Shown one piece after another: positions 17,901-28,700 of a DNA stretch of 64,000 nt; the stretch's first letter is position 1, and each line of letters starts with the position of its first letter. The notes beneath the pieces are model-generated. The model had not been told where the DNA came from. It saw only the letters and a program-made list of their open reading frames with translations, and did not search any database. The stretch is taken from contig NC_087469.1 of assembly GCF_036321535.1 (NCBI RefSeq), positions 9,672,001-9,736,000 of the forward strand, in the 5' to 3' direction. Made by a program: the position numbers and the translations under genes. Source of the DNA: Camelus dromedarius. Its lineage: Eukaryota.

Positions 17901-18034
17901 TCCATCATTCACTCATTTCTATTTCTTTTGATGCCTCTGTTGGGGTACACACCACTCAGTGCCAACAGGTCTGCCAAGAGCACAGCCATCAAGGCCAAAC
18001 AGGCCAGCCTCCTCGGCCTCTGCCTTCTGACCAT
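8988..18034 (-). CDS. HYOU1: Hypoxia up-regulated protein 1 (ORP150/GRP170), ER Hsp70-family chaperone/nucleotide-exchange factor, 995 aa, ends KNDEL
   Basis: 25 coding exons (-): 18034-17953, 17717-17624, 17447-17369, 17213-17059, 16935-16859, 16566-16385, 16138-16023, 14919-14727, 14517-14383, 14233-14151, 14056-13924, 13749-13562, 13322-13184, 12642-12582, 12446-12367, 11944-11759, 11615-11443, 11361-11274, 11161-11039, 10861-10728, 10597-10513, 9879-9639, 9544-9497, 9228-9178, 9049-8988. Sum 2988 nt, frame intact. Motifs include [29 protein letters not shown]. Confidence 0.98.
9282..9457 (+). mobile_element. MER58-like hAT-Charlie MITE in a HYOU1 intron
   Basis: Terminal inverted repeats aggggttggcaaact (9283-9297) and agtctgccgacccct (9442-9456), 13/15 complementary; degenerate 8-bp flanks ggctaact / ggctaagc. 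Confidence 0.8.
15100..15700 (-). mobile_element. Ancient LINE-2 fragment in a HYOU1 intron
   Basis: Typical antisense L2 text (tttacaatctag...gagctgaaacctgaagg...ggagccactgaagggttt); boundaries approximate. Confidence 0.55.
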
Positions 18035-18848
18035 GGCTTCCACTGTGTCTCTGAGGAGGAGAAAAACAACACTTGTAACTGGATGCCCTGAGTGAAGGCA
18101 GTAGAACCTTACCCAGATCAGAGAAGCTTTAAGATTCATACCTACTCCATCCTCACCCCAGGCAGAACAGTCTACATACCCTCTTCCTCCTAATGAGAAC
18201 CCAGCACTCTCATCATTTTCAGAAGTGCCCAAAGGCCCAGGTGAAACAGCATGGGTCCTGGGCTCCAGCCACCGCATCCCTAAACAGGGAAGGTGACAGG
18301 CCGAAGACCGGGGCCTTTCCTCCACTGCATAGGCAGCAACTGGCGCACCCTAGCACCTGGGGTGCGGCCAGGGATCCCCACCCAGGGCTCGACTACCTTC
18401 CCACGCTTGGAGCTCCTCCGCTGGTGGGGAACGCCAGGCCGGGCCTGGACGGGAACTGAGAGATGGTGACGTTGGGGGAGGTTGGGATGGAAGAAGGGCC
18501 TATCTCCTCAGCATCCCTTCGGTTTCTCCCGCCCGCCTCCCTTCTCCATCCCGTCCCCGGCCCCGCTGTCTACCCAGACGCTGTGCCCGGAACGGTACGG
18601 TTCCGCTCAGGGCGGGTACCCAGTACCCCGAGTTTACCTAAGCTTCACCTGCCGAAGGCGGCGGCGCCCCCTCCCGGGAACGGGTTCCGGCCCACCCCTA
18701 AGGCGTGGGGGCGCCCTGGGGACCAAGCTGTGGGGTCAAGCGCACCGGCGTCCGTGCGGCCCCCACTCCAGCTACCGACCCGCCCCCGGAGCTAGCACGC
18801 TGCGGGCTCTAGTAGGGGTGGCCGGATTGCCATCCCCACCCCCGCTAC

Positions 18849-19480
18849 CTCTTGCCTTCGCTCCTGTGGCCCCAGCTCTGGGAAAAACGCGGCGGCGGAC
18901 GGACCCACGAGGCCGGCAGCGCACCCCCTGAGCCCGCGCCCTTCACAACTCCCCTCGGTTTGCAAACTGTTACATTAGCCACCAACCCCTCGGCGGCGTC
19001 TCGCGCACCAGCCGGCCCCGGACGCGGCGTGCGCTCATTGGAGCCTGCGCCGCCCGGCCCTGCGCCGCGCGCCCGGCCCCGCCCCCCCGCCGTCCCGGCG
19101 CTCCCTCCCATTGGGCCACGTCGTACGCCCGCCCCTTTCTCCGTCTCCGGCCACTGCCGGGGAGGCGGCGGCGGGGCCAGTCAACCAGTTGGAGGAAAAC
19201 TGCCGACGCTCGGCAGGGATTGGCCCACGTCACGCGACCCAGCGTCCGTCCCGGAGTGCTCGCGGTAACTTTCCGGCCGTGGCGCAGGGTGCCTTACTGC
19301 CCAGGCCGGTGATGGCCGGTGTCTGGGGCAAGTCGGTGCACGGGCGGTCCCCTCGCTCGGCCCTCTTTTTCCGGTCACCTGGGAGCCGCGGCCGGGGAGC
19401 GGCAATGACCGGTCTCCCCTCCGCAGCCACGCGGAAGAGGTTCTCGCTCGCTGCTCGGTATTGAATGCCTGAGGCTTTGG
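18849..19480 (-). promoter_or_regulatory. HYOU1 CpG-island promoter with non-coding exon 1 and ER-stress elements
   Basis: Donor AAGAG|gtagc at 18849/18848. ERSE-like CCAAT-N9-CCGCG at 19041-19023 (-). Two ERSE-II ATTGG-N-CCACG at 19110-19120 and 19219-19229; the latter overlaps CCACGTCA (UPRE complement) at 19225-19232. Confidence 0.88.
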
Positions 19481-20737
19481 CTGGAAATCAGAGAACCGCC
19501 GTGCCTCAGGCTTAGTCCACTCCAACCCTTCTTTGTTTCGTTGACGAATTAAAGCCACCGAAAGAGACGTTCGCTGATGGGTCGGAGATAACACTTGTAT
19601 TACTGGCAGAATTTGGCCTGGACTCCTTACTCTAATTTGTGTGAGAAAGAATATTCCAAACTGCAACGAAAGATGCTTTCCCATTTGTGAGGCTGTAATT
19701 GGTTGAGCGTAGGTGCACCACCTCCTGTTTCTCTTCCACTAAAGCCTGTGCACTCTTTTTTTTTTCCTGCTTCTGCCTGAATTAAAGCACCTCGGGTAGG
19801 TATTGGCGCTCCTGACTCCCCTCTCTGTTTCACAGAAACGTACATCGTCCTTGGAGAGCGCACTTTTCTTTCTTTTCCCAGTTTTGAGATGAGCACACTT
19901 TTCTTCTTAAATACAAATATCAGTCGCCTCTTTCCTCTCGATCATGAAATCGATGCCCGGCCTCCCTTCACAGAAGGTTAGGGCCAGTGCCAGGTTAAGG
20001 AACTCTTATCTGTTCTTTCCCTACATTTTTCATGACGCAGAGGGATAGAGAGTTAGGTGCCTATGCTTAGAAGATAAACCTACTGGCAGTACCAGGGAGA
20101 TGTATATTTTTCTTCCCTAAGAACAGTTCAGTCTTTGGGTAGGAGGGAAATTGGTAGAAATAGAGAAATTCGCTTAAAATTTTAACAGTTGAATTACACA
20201 AATGTAATCTTGAAAAAAGTTCAAATATTCTTGATAAAGCTAAATCCCTTTGATACTGTCCTCAACCTCACTCTCTCCTCTGAAGGAAACTGCTGTTATC
20301 AACTAGCAGTGATGTGTAACTTTCCAGGCCTTTTCCTCTGTATTTATGTACATACATGTCTATTGAAACATGTAGCTCTTGTCTTTTTTAAAATGATAAA
20401 CTGTTACACAATTAGATTGTCTGCAACTTTCTCTTCTTTTTTGGTAACTAATAATAAATCATGGAGCTTTTCCCGTAGTATCAGTGCATAAAGATTCACC
20501 TCGTTTTCTGCCATAGAACATTCCGTAGGATGGGGGTTGTTTAGTCATAATGATGGACATAGAAGCCGTCATTTCAATTCCACAGAGTAAGATTTTGTTT
20601 CTGAATAACTGACTCTACTTCTGGCTAGCTATCTCGTAGGGTAGTTTTTTTCCCATCCTTTTCAAACAGTATGCATTTTAACATGTATTGGAACTCTGTC
20701 ATATGCAAGCGTTGTGCAGAAATTTGCTGGGATTCCA

Positions 20738-20805
20738 GGAGGTACTGGGGATTGAACACAGGACCTCATGCATGCTACCACTGAGCTATACATGCCCTCC
20801 TCCCC
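20738..20805 (-). mobile_element. Internally deleted tRNA-derived SINE (vic-1-like)
   Basis: Minus strand keeps A-box TAGCTCAGTGG and a B-box-like GTTCAATCC; about 13 nt shorter internally than the other copies; no A tail seen. Confidence 0.75.
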
Positions 20806-21339
20806 TAAAAACCTACTGTATGACTCAATTGGGGAAGTAAGAAAGTCAGTCTCCCCTGCCCTTAAGTGAACTCCCACTCCCAGAATACCCTTGGTGGGAG
20901 CACAGTTTGCTGCAGCTACTCGACCTCTGTGTCTGTCCCCCTGGGAGGTGCAGCAGGTGCAAGTGCTCTGGGGACTCACCTGTTTTGTTCTCTGACCAGA
21001 GAGGAGACTAGTGTTTCACAAGAGCAAGCTGTAAAACAATGGGAAATTTTTAATGTAAAACACCTGATTTAGGTTAACTACAACAGCTGAATCCACTAGT
21101 TCTTATAATTTGTAATAACATTTGAGGACTACATTCTTTCCTCCACACTGTATGGAAATCCAAGGGAAGAAAGTTGCTGTCTTGCAGAACATGTGCCAAA
21201 CTTGTAAACAGAAGACTAAAACGATCACATTAGCAAGGGCACGTGCATACATTATAAACCATGCAAGTTGTGTTGTGGGCTGAGGGCAATGTCGATTAGG
21301 GCAAACATCCTAGTCCAGGAGAATTTTAAAACTTCGTTG

Positions 21340-21830
21340 TCACCCAGCAACCCCACTCTTAGGTTTATATCTAATAAATGTATACATATGTTCTCTAAGA
21401 GACTGTTTGTAATAGCTTAATTCATAATGGCCCAAAATTGAATACTACCCAAATGCCCATCAGTAGTTGGATGGATAAACAAATTGTGGTGGACTCACAC
21501 AATGGAATTCTATAGAGAAATGGAAACAGTTGGTCTACTATCATACTTGACAATGTCAATGAATCAAACAATATTGACTGACAGAAGCCAAAGAGCACAC
21601 AGTTTATGATTTCATTTATATAAAGTATAAAACAGGCAGAACTAAGCTATAGTGATAGAAAATGAGATGGTGCTTACCCGTTTGGGAGGTAGTGATTAGA
21701 AGAGGGCATAAGGCAGGCTTCTGGGGTGCTGTTTGCAATCCTGGTTGCAATATCTGGGAAAATTCAATGGACTGTAGTATGTACACTTTTCTGTATGTAT
21801 GTTACACTTCAATAAAAATTTTAAAAATAA
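21340..21830 (+). mobile_element. Old L1M 3' fragment
   Basis: cccaaatgcccatcagtag...tggataaacaaattgtgg...tatgatttcatttatataaagt...gttacacttcaataaaa, typical of old L1 3' ends. Confidence 0.7.
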
Positions 21831-21999
21831 TTTTGTATGTGTTGCACAAAAGACTAGAGGGTTTGGTTTTTTTATTTTACTGTAAACTTAGGGAGGAGAA
21901 GCACCAAGATAATTTTTTTTAAACTTTTTATAACCATGTTTTTAGAATTACAAAATAAATATGTGGTTATTGAAGAAAACCGGAAGAACATAGAAAAAA

Positions 22000-22430
22000 C
22001 AAAGAATAAAATAAAAACCAAACACAATTCCATTTCTAGATTAAATCACTTATAGCATTATGATATATATCAGTCACATACACCATTTAACATTTCGGTA
22101 TGTCATATTTTTCCTCTCCAGAATTTTCAGTGGCTATATTTACAGAATTGTAGCATAGAGAAATGCAGTATTTACCAAAATTACTATTTGACAATTAGGA
22201 TGTTTCCTTTTGGTATTGTAAAATTGCAATGGACACATTTATTGATAATTTTTTATGCAAATCTATCCCTTATAAGCTATGTAGGATAAATTCCTAGAAG
22301 TGGAAATGTGGGCTTAAATTCTGGTTTTTAGGCATTTGATACCTCTTGCCAAATTGCCTTCCAGAAAGGTTTACCAATATGCACTCCTCAACAGCAGTGA
22401 ATGACAGACCCTGTAGCCTTAATAACACTA
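22000..22430 (-). mobile_element. Old L1M fragment
   Basis: gataaattcctagaagtggaaat...gccaaattgccttccagaaaggtttacc, an antisense L1 hallmark. Confidence 0.6.
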
Positions 22431-22443
22431 GAACATTAATGTA

Positions 22444-22600
22444 TTTTTTAAATTTGTTTGGTTAATTTACAATGTTGTGTTAGTTTCTGGTATACAGCAT
22501 AGAGATTCAGTTATACATATATATTGTTTTTCATATGGTTTTTTGTTATAGGTTACTATAAGATAGTGAATGTAGTTCTCTGTGCTGTACACTAGGACCT
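22444..22600 (-). mobile_element. Short L1 3'-end insertion with target-site duplication
   Basis: tttacaatgttgtgttagtttctgg...gtgctgtacactaggacct, flanked by attaatgtatttt (22435) and attaatgcatttt (22601). Confidence 0.75.
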
Positions 22601-22864
22601 ATTAATGCATTTTTAAAGTCTTGGTATTGTGAGTTCAAATAGAATGGGAGAAGAGGAGGAGACAAAGGATAAGAAACATTTCTCAGCTTGCACTGAGATG
22701 GGGATTATTATGTCAAGAAGAGAAAGCAAGACTTTAGGGCTTGTGAATTCTGTGACTTCATGATCACATAGAAAAAGCACTGATTTACGAACAAATTTAT
22801 GGACTTGAATGTTCTTTAAAAAATAATTATACTGAGTACCCAGAAAACGGGACTTTGGAATTTA

Positions 22865-23055
22865 TAGCCCTGGATTTGTCTGTGAATTCCACCACTTCCT
22901 ACCTGTGTGACTCGAAGCAAGCTGTTTAGCTTTCCTGAGTCTCGGTTTCCACATCATTCAAAGAGGCATGCCAGCACGTGCCTCACAGGGTTGGTGTGAA
23001 AATTAAAGAATGGGGTAAAGGGCTTCACACAGTGCTTGGGACATGCTAAGCACAA
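22865..23055 (+). mobile_element. MIR SINE
   Basis: MIR core (ccaccacttcctacctgtgtgact...ctgagtctcggtttcc...cctcacagggttggtgtga...cacagtgcttgggacat). Confidence 0.7.
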
Positions 23056-25499
23056 AATATACATTGGTACAACTTTTTTAAATTGCTTTTGCTATTAGTC
23101 TAGAGGAATAAAACTAAAAGATGTGCACTACCACAGTGTTAAAAGCTTAGGAAGTAAGTGCTTTGCCAAGTTCATGGGGAATTTCCTGTCCCTTTTATAG
23201 CCCAGATTTTCACAATCAACAATCAGCTAATTGCTTCTTTCTCCTGTTTCATGGTAGCCTAGGAGCCCTGGGCTCTCTTATACAGTAAGACTTCTGAGTT
23301 TATTTTAGGTTGAACTTCTTGCTTCTAAAGTGGAAATTGCAGTTAGCCTTTTTAGGGGCTAAGATTAAAAAAGAAAACACAGACTTTTCAGTAGTCAAGA
23401 AAGTAGTTTCTACCCAGAGAACCAGATGAGCGGGGGAAATGATAGAAAATAAAAGTTTGCAGCAGGAACAAGAAGTGTTCCTGTTTTGCTCCAGTGGATG
23501 TGACTGTTGTACATCACAGGCAGCAGTTTGCTGAAGGGCAGAAGAGAGGGCATTGGCCAGTTCTTTACTCTGAGTTGTGATCTCTTTAATTTTAAGCTAA
23601 ATATTGAATTGCTTCTTTATCTTTTGTCCCTTCAGAATTCAAGTTCTCAGGATACAGAACTGTAAGTGAATTTGTACAACAATCATTTTCTGTGTAGTCT
23701 GCCTGCTCATCTTCCTCACTGTACTGAAGTTCCTGGATTCAGACAAGCATGACTAAAAGACAAACCCTGGTGTATGTTCTGAAATGTGTAGCCTAGTTTC
23801 ACACCCCAGCAAACCATCTAATTAAAGGTTAGGGAACTGAAGAACTCTTGTTTTATTTCCAAAGGACTTTGATGTTTTTGCCAAGAGTCACCTGAACATT
23901 TTTGAGATTCTGTTTCTCATCAGAGATAATGATACTTCTGCACATGGTTGCTACGAAGAGTCCATGAAAGTTGAAAGCACTTTGTTAGTTATGATTCGCT
24001 ACATAAAATTAAGGGGTGGTTACTGTCAGTCCTTTCTATGTCTGTTCCCTATAGTGGTGGCAAGAACCATATCTTGTCTATGTATGCATTCTGGCCATTT
24101 AGTACAATTCCAGGAATAGTAAGTATTGAACATATATTTGTCAAAAAGAGGAAAGGAAGGAAGGCAGTAAGTCCGAAGAGGTGCCATGGGTCGTTCTAGT
24201 GGGCCAGTCTGTGCCTTTGTACCTTCATCAACAAGAGGATCCAATGGGCACGGACCTTACTGGTTCTGACATCAGCGGAAGACTCTGAGCCGCTACCATT
24301 GGACAGTAGGGGGAGCATCCGTGTTAACAACAAAGATGCCAGTCGGCTGTTCACTTCTCTGCTTGCTTTTATGTTGCTTCCTTTAACATACATTATTCAT
24401 AGTGTTAACAACTGATATAACATAGGATCTAAAAATTCTAATGGGTAGTACAGAATATGCTCAGCCAGTGAAAGGAGGTCCAGTCTCCTCATTTGTGCTT
24501 CTGCCTGGCTTATTAGTAGTTCCAATACCTGTGTGACAAAGAAGAAAGGCATTTCGGCTGGATATCAGGAAATTTGTGTGCCTTCCCCTTATTTATTTCT
24601 TTAGACAAATGGACACTACCTTTCCCATCAACCGAGGAGGGGATAGGAGGAAAGTTATCCCCATTCATTCCTTCAGCCAAACATGGAGCCTCTTCCGGCT
24701 CTGTTAAACCTGGTTCAGTGTAACAAAGACGCAGCCCTTACTCTCTGGGGATTCCAGCTGGAGGGATAAGGAGTAAAATGCTCTGAAAATAAAAAGCTGT
24801 GGTGGGGAGGGATGCAAAAATAAACTTCACAAATACTAACCATACGGCCACTTTTTCAAATTCCATACGACCTCAAATGACTCTATGTCACTCCTGTATG
24901 TAGATTCTTGTGAGACACAAACAGTACATCTGCAGTTTTCCACTGGCAGAGTTGGTTTAGCCCGAGTTGGGACTGGTGGGTACTACAGTGTGTCCTAGAC
25001 ACTTGCCACTTGTTAAATCACTCAGTGCTCAAAGCTGCGGCTTCAAGGCTCTTTGCTGTGTTCTGTATATGGGCCATAACCGGCCACTATAGAAAGGAGA
25101 GAAAGCCCAGGTTCTTGGAATTCCAGCCCCATCAGTATTTCCCCGCTTCCTTAAGAAACATGCTGTAAGTGGCCATTGCCATGCACTCTGACAGAAGGAC
25201 AGAAAAATGAATATAAGATACTGACTATGGTTCACAATCTGTATCTGGTGGCCCACACAACCTCTAATTTTACTTCTCCTCTCCTACAGCGGAAAAACCA
25301 ATTTCACCCACACCGGTTCATTTAGGTCCCAAAACAGTCCTGAGATTTCACAACATAATTCACCTAGGTAGAGCGGGTTACCATTCACAAAGCGCGTGAC
25401 TTTCCTCATCTTGATCCCTCTTTGCCCGTGCATTTAACAAAGGAATTAACTGATGCTCAAAGAGGTGAAGGTCCAGCTTTTAAGAAGCATTGCAGCCAG

Positions 25500-25725
25500 T
25501 GCACTTACAGAGCGGACAAAATCCCGAACTGCGGAGCGAGCGGCGGGCGGGGACCCCTGCCTCTCGCGGCCCCGCCCACTCTCCCAGCAGCGAGCCGGAA
25601 GGTGTCACCCGGACCCGAGAGGCTGGTGCACCCAGGCTCCAGGACGCTGTCGGCTCACGTGATCCGCCGGCACCCCTCACGTGATCTCTCTCGCGGAGGC
25701 GGGGGCCTGCGGCCAAGATGGCGGC
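25500..25725 (+). promoter_or_regulatory. VPS11 CpG promoter with tandem CLEAR-type E-boxes and a YY1 site over the ATG
   Basis: TCACGTGA at 25655-25662 and 25677-25684; CAAGATGGCGGC at 25714-25725. Confidence 0.85.
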
Positions 25726-28700
25726 CTACCTGCAGTGGCGGCGCTTCGTTTTCTTTGACAAGGAGCTGGTGAAAGAGCCGCTGGGTAGTGATGGGGCTGC
25801 CCCCGGGGCCGCGCCTGCCTCTGGACCCGCTGCATCCAAGTTCCTTTGCCTCCCTCCTGGCATCACTGTCTGCGACTCAGGCCGAGGGAGCCTAGTCTTT
25901 GGAGATATCCTTCCTCTGGAGCTGTCTCTTCCCTTCCCGGATCCCTGAAGAGATTCAGCTGTGATGAAAGCTGTCCATCAGAGGGGTTCGTGTTCCGTGC
26001 CATTCCTTTAGATTGGTGCCCAGCACTCCTTCTGTGGTCTGAGGGGAAAAGGAGGAAGTCTGTTCTCTAACTTGTTGCCAGCTGAGGGAGCAATTCTGGG
26101 CACGTCATTTAACCTTTCTAGGCTTCAATTTCCTTACCTGGAAAAGGGGTGTAAAATAACAATGTGGCAAGGTTGTTTTTAAGATCAGTCAAAAACGGGT
26201 GCAAGTTGGCTTTTTTAAATATACTTTTTAATTTTTTTGAACTGTAGTTGATTTACAGTGTTTCAGGTGTACAGCAAAGTGATTCAGTTATGCACATATG
26301 TACATACATACATTTTTTTCAGATTTTTTTCCATTATAGCTTATTACGAGAAATTGAATATAGTTCCTTGTGCTATTCAGTAGGTCCTTGTTGTTTACAA
26401 GTTGGCTTTAAAAGATGAGTGTGTATGGTGTTATTATACCCCCTGCCCAGTATTGTGGGTGAGAAGTTAAACGAGACCATGAGTTTGCTGCTTTGTTCTT
26501 CATATTACTGCCACTAAACTATGGCCTTCTTTTCTACTCTTTTTCTAAGAGGAGGAGTTTCAGGAGATAATATGTGGGAAAACGCTTGAAAATTTTAAAG
26601 AATTGTATGTATGTTAGTTGTTATTTTGGTTCTGGCCTAAATATAAGTATCTCTCCTTGGAAAGGAGGCTCCTTGACTATTCTTCACATATGGAAGGCCA
26701 GATTTGGTTCTTGCCCCGCTCCCTACAGCTTACAGGTTTCCAGGCCTACAAACTACGGGTGACACACCTGTACCAACTGAAGCAGCACAATATTCTGGCC
26801 TCTGTTGGTGAGGATGAAGAGGGTATCAACCCCCTGGTGAGTCCTAGAAAAGAAACGGGAAAGACCCAGAAGCCTGGGAGTGGTTGGTTGTTGGAGGGCA
26901 ACTATCATTCACACATCTGAGGTCTGTCCACAGGTAAAGATCTGGAACCTGGAGAAGAGAGATGGCGGTAATCCACTCTGCACTCGAATTTTCCCTGCCA
27001 TCCCAGGAACAGAGCCGACTGTTGTGTCTTGTTTGACTGTCCATGAAAATCTCAACTTTATGGCCATCGGTAAGCAGAAGGAAGGTGAAGCTAACATCCT
27101 ATGATTCTTGATAGATTTTCTTCAGAGTTGCTTCTGCAGCTCATCTTCACCCTTTTCATGAGACCACTTTGTACTGAACTGAGGCCTTTGAGATTTTCAA
27201 GTTTAGGATGAGAAAGCATTTAGTTTGGTTCTTTGAGAATGAGTCAGTGAGTCCTGATCTTCATGGTAACTGTCGGAGAAGTTGGGTATCAGGAGAAAGA
27301 CTGTCACTTCTAACAGGTGCCTCAAATGGTCTTTTTCCCCTTCTGTGCTTCCTGTTCTTTTCAGCCTCAATAAAGTGCTCTTTCCTGCTCTCCTCCAGGT
27401 TTCACAGATGGCAGTGTTACACTGAACAAAGGGGACATTACCCGGGACCGGCATAGCAAGACCCAGATTTTACACAAGGGCAGCTATCCTGTCACTGGAC
27501 TGGCTTTTCGCCAAGCAGGAAAGACCACTCACTTGTTTGTTGTGACAACTGAGAACGTTCAGGTATTACCAAGGCCTCCACTTCTAGGGGCAGGCAGGAA
27601 GGGCTTCTCTGTTGCTCAGAGGGTTGGGATCAGGAACTTACAAGAGAGGTAGGACTCTTAAATTTTTCATCATTTAGCCTTGAATCATTTGCCCAGCTTA
27701 ATGTTTTATATCTTCATTTAGGAGACTGGGAAGAGTTTGAGTTAGGAAAAGAATGCTTGGGCTTATAGTAAAAGACCTGAGTTTTTTCACTAATTAACTT
27801 GTTAAGTGATACCGGACAAGTTGCTTAATTTCTCTGATTCCTGGTGCTCCTAATTTATAACAGCTTACTCTCAGCAATTGTTTGTTTAGGTTATTTCGTA
27901 AACTTGTGTTTCTTTTTTTTCTTTTTTCTTTTTACATTTTATTGTAGTGTACTTGATTTACTCAGCAGTAGTTTTTTTAAATACTTTTTTGATAAAGCAG
28001 TAAAATTCTCTTACTTGTTGAATACTGGTAGTGAGTAGTGATAGTGTGTACTAGAAAAGAAAACATATATTTAATTATATATTTAATAGAAGGATGGTGG
28101 TTAATGGAGAAGGCAGAACAGCCAGGGGAAGTCTTAAGTTGCTAAGAATTAAGTGGAGAGAGTCAGTATGGAGTTGGGGATACCTTGGGAAAGGCTTACA
28201 TGCCCCCTCCTCATAGGGAGCCTGTTAACCCCTTTCTTACTTTTCTCAGTCCTACATAGTTTCTGGAAAGGACTACCCTCGTGTGGAGTTGGACACCCAT
28301 GGTTGTGGCCTGCGCTGCTCAGCTCTAAGCGACCCTTCTCAGGACCTGCAGTTCATAGTGGCGGGGGATGAGTGTGTCTACTTGTACCAGCCTGATGAAC
28401 GTGGGCCCTGCTTTGCCTTCGAGGGCCATAAACTCATTGCTCACTGGTTTAGAGGCTACCTCGTCATTGTCTCCCGTGACCGGAAGGTTTCTCCCAAGTA
28501 AGTGAAAGGGAGAGGGCTGGACTTGTTCCCCAGAATTAACCTGATCTTAAACTCCTAATGCCTGGATTCTGTCACTCCCCTACTTTGGTTTTACGTAGGT
28601 TGTGCTTACGCCTAGAGTCAGTTATAATGTTTTTACTGATAAGTGTGTGTTTTGCTACAGACGTTTGCTGAGCAGCCTTGGTGCCCTAGAATGCTCCAGG

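Noticed and set aside
24196-24400. Unique-looking, mildly CpG-containing segment with open frames between HYOU1 and VPS11
   Set aside because: No recognisable protein, pseudogene tail or splice structure; cannot be supported without BLAST or conservation data.
27369-27374. Intronic AATAAA just upstream of acceptors (VPS11 intron 3; HMBS intron 4 at 40107-40112)
   Set aside because: They overlap probable CTCAAT branch sequences (the HMBS one in an L2 remnant); cleavage would fall at or in the next exon and no downstream element is evident.
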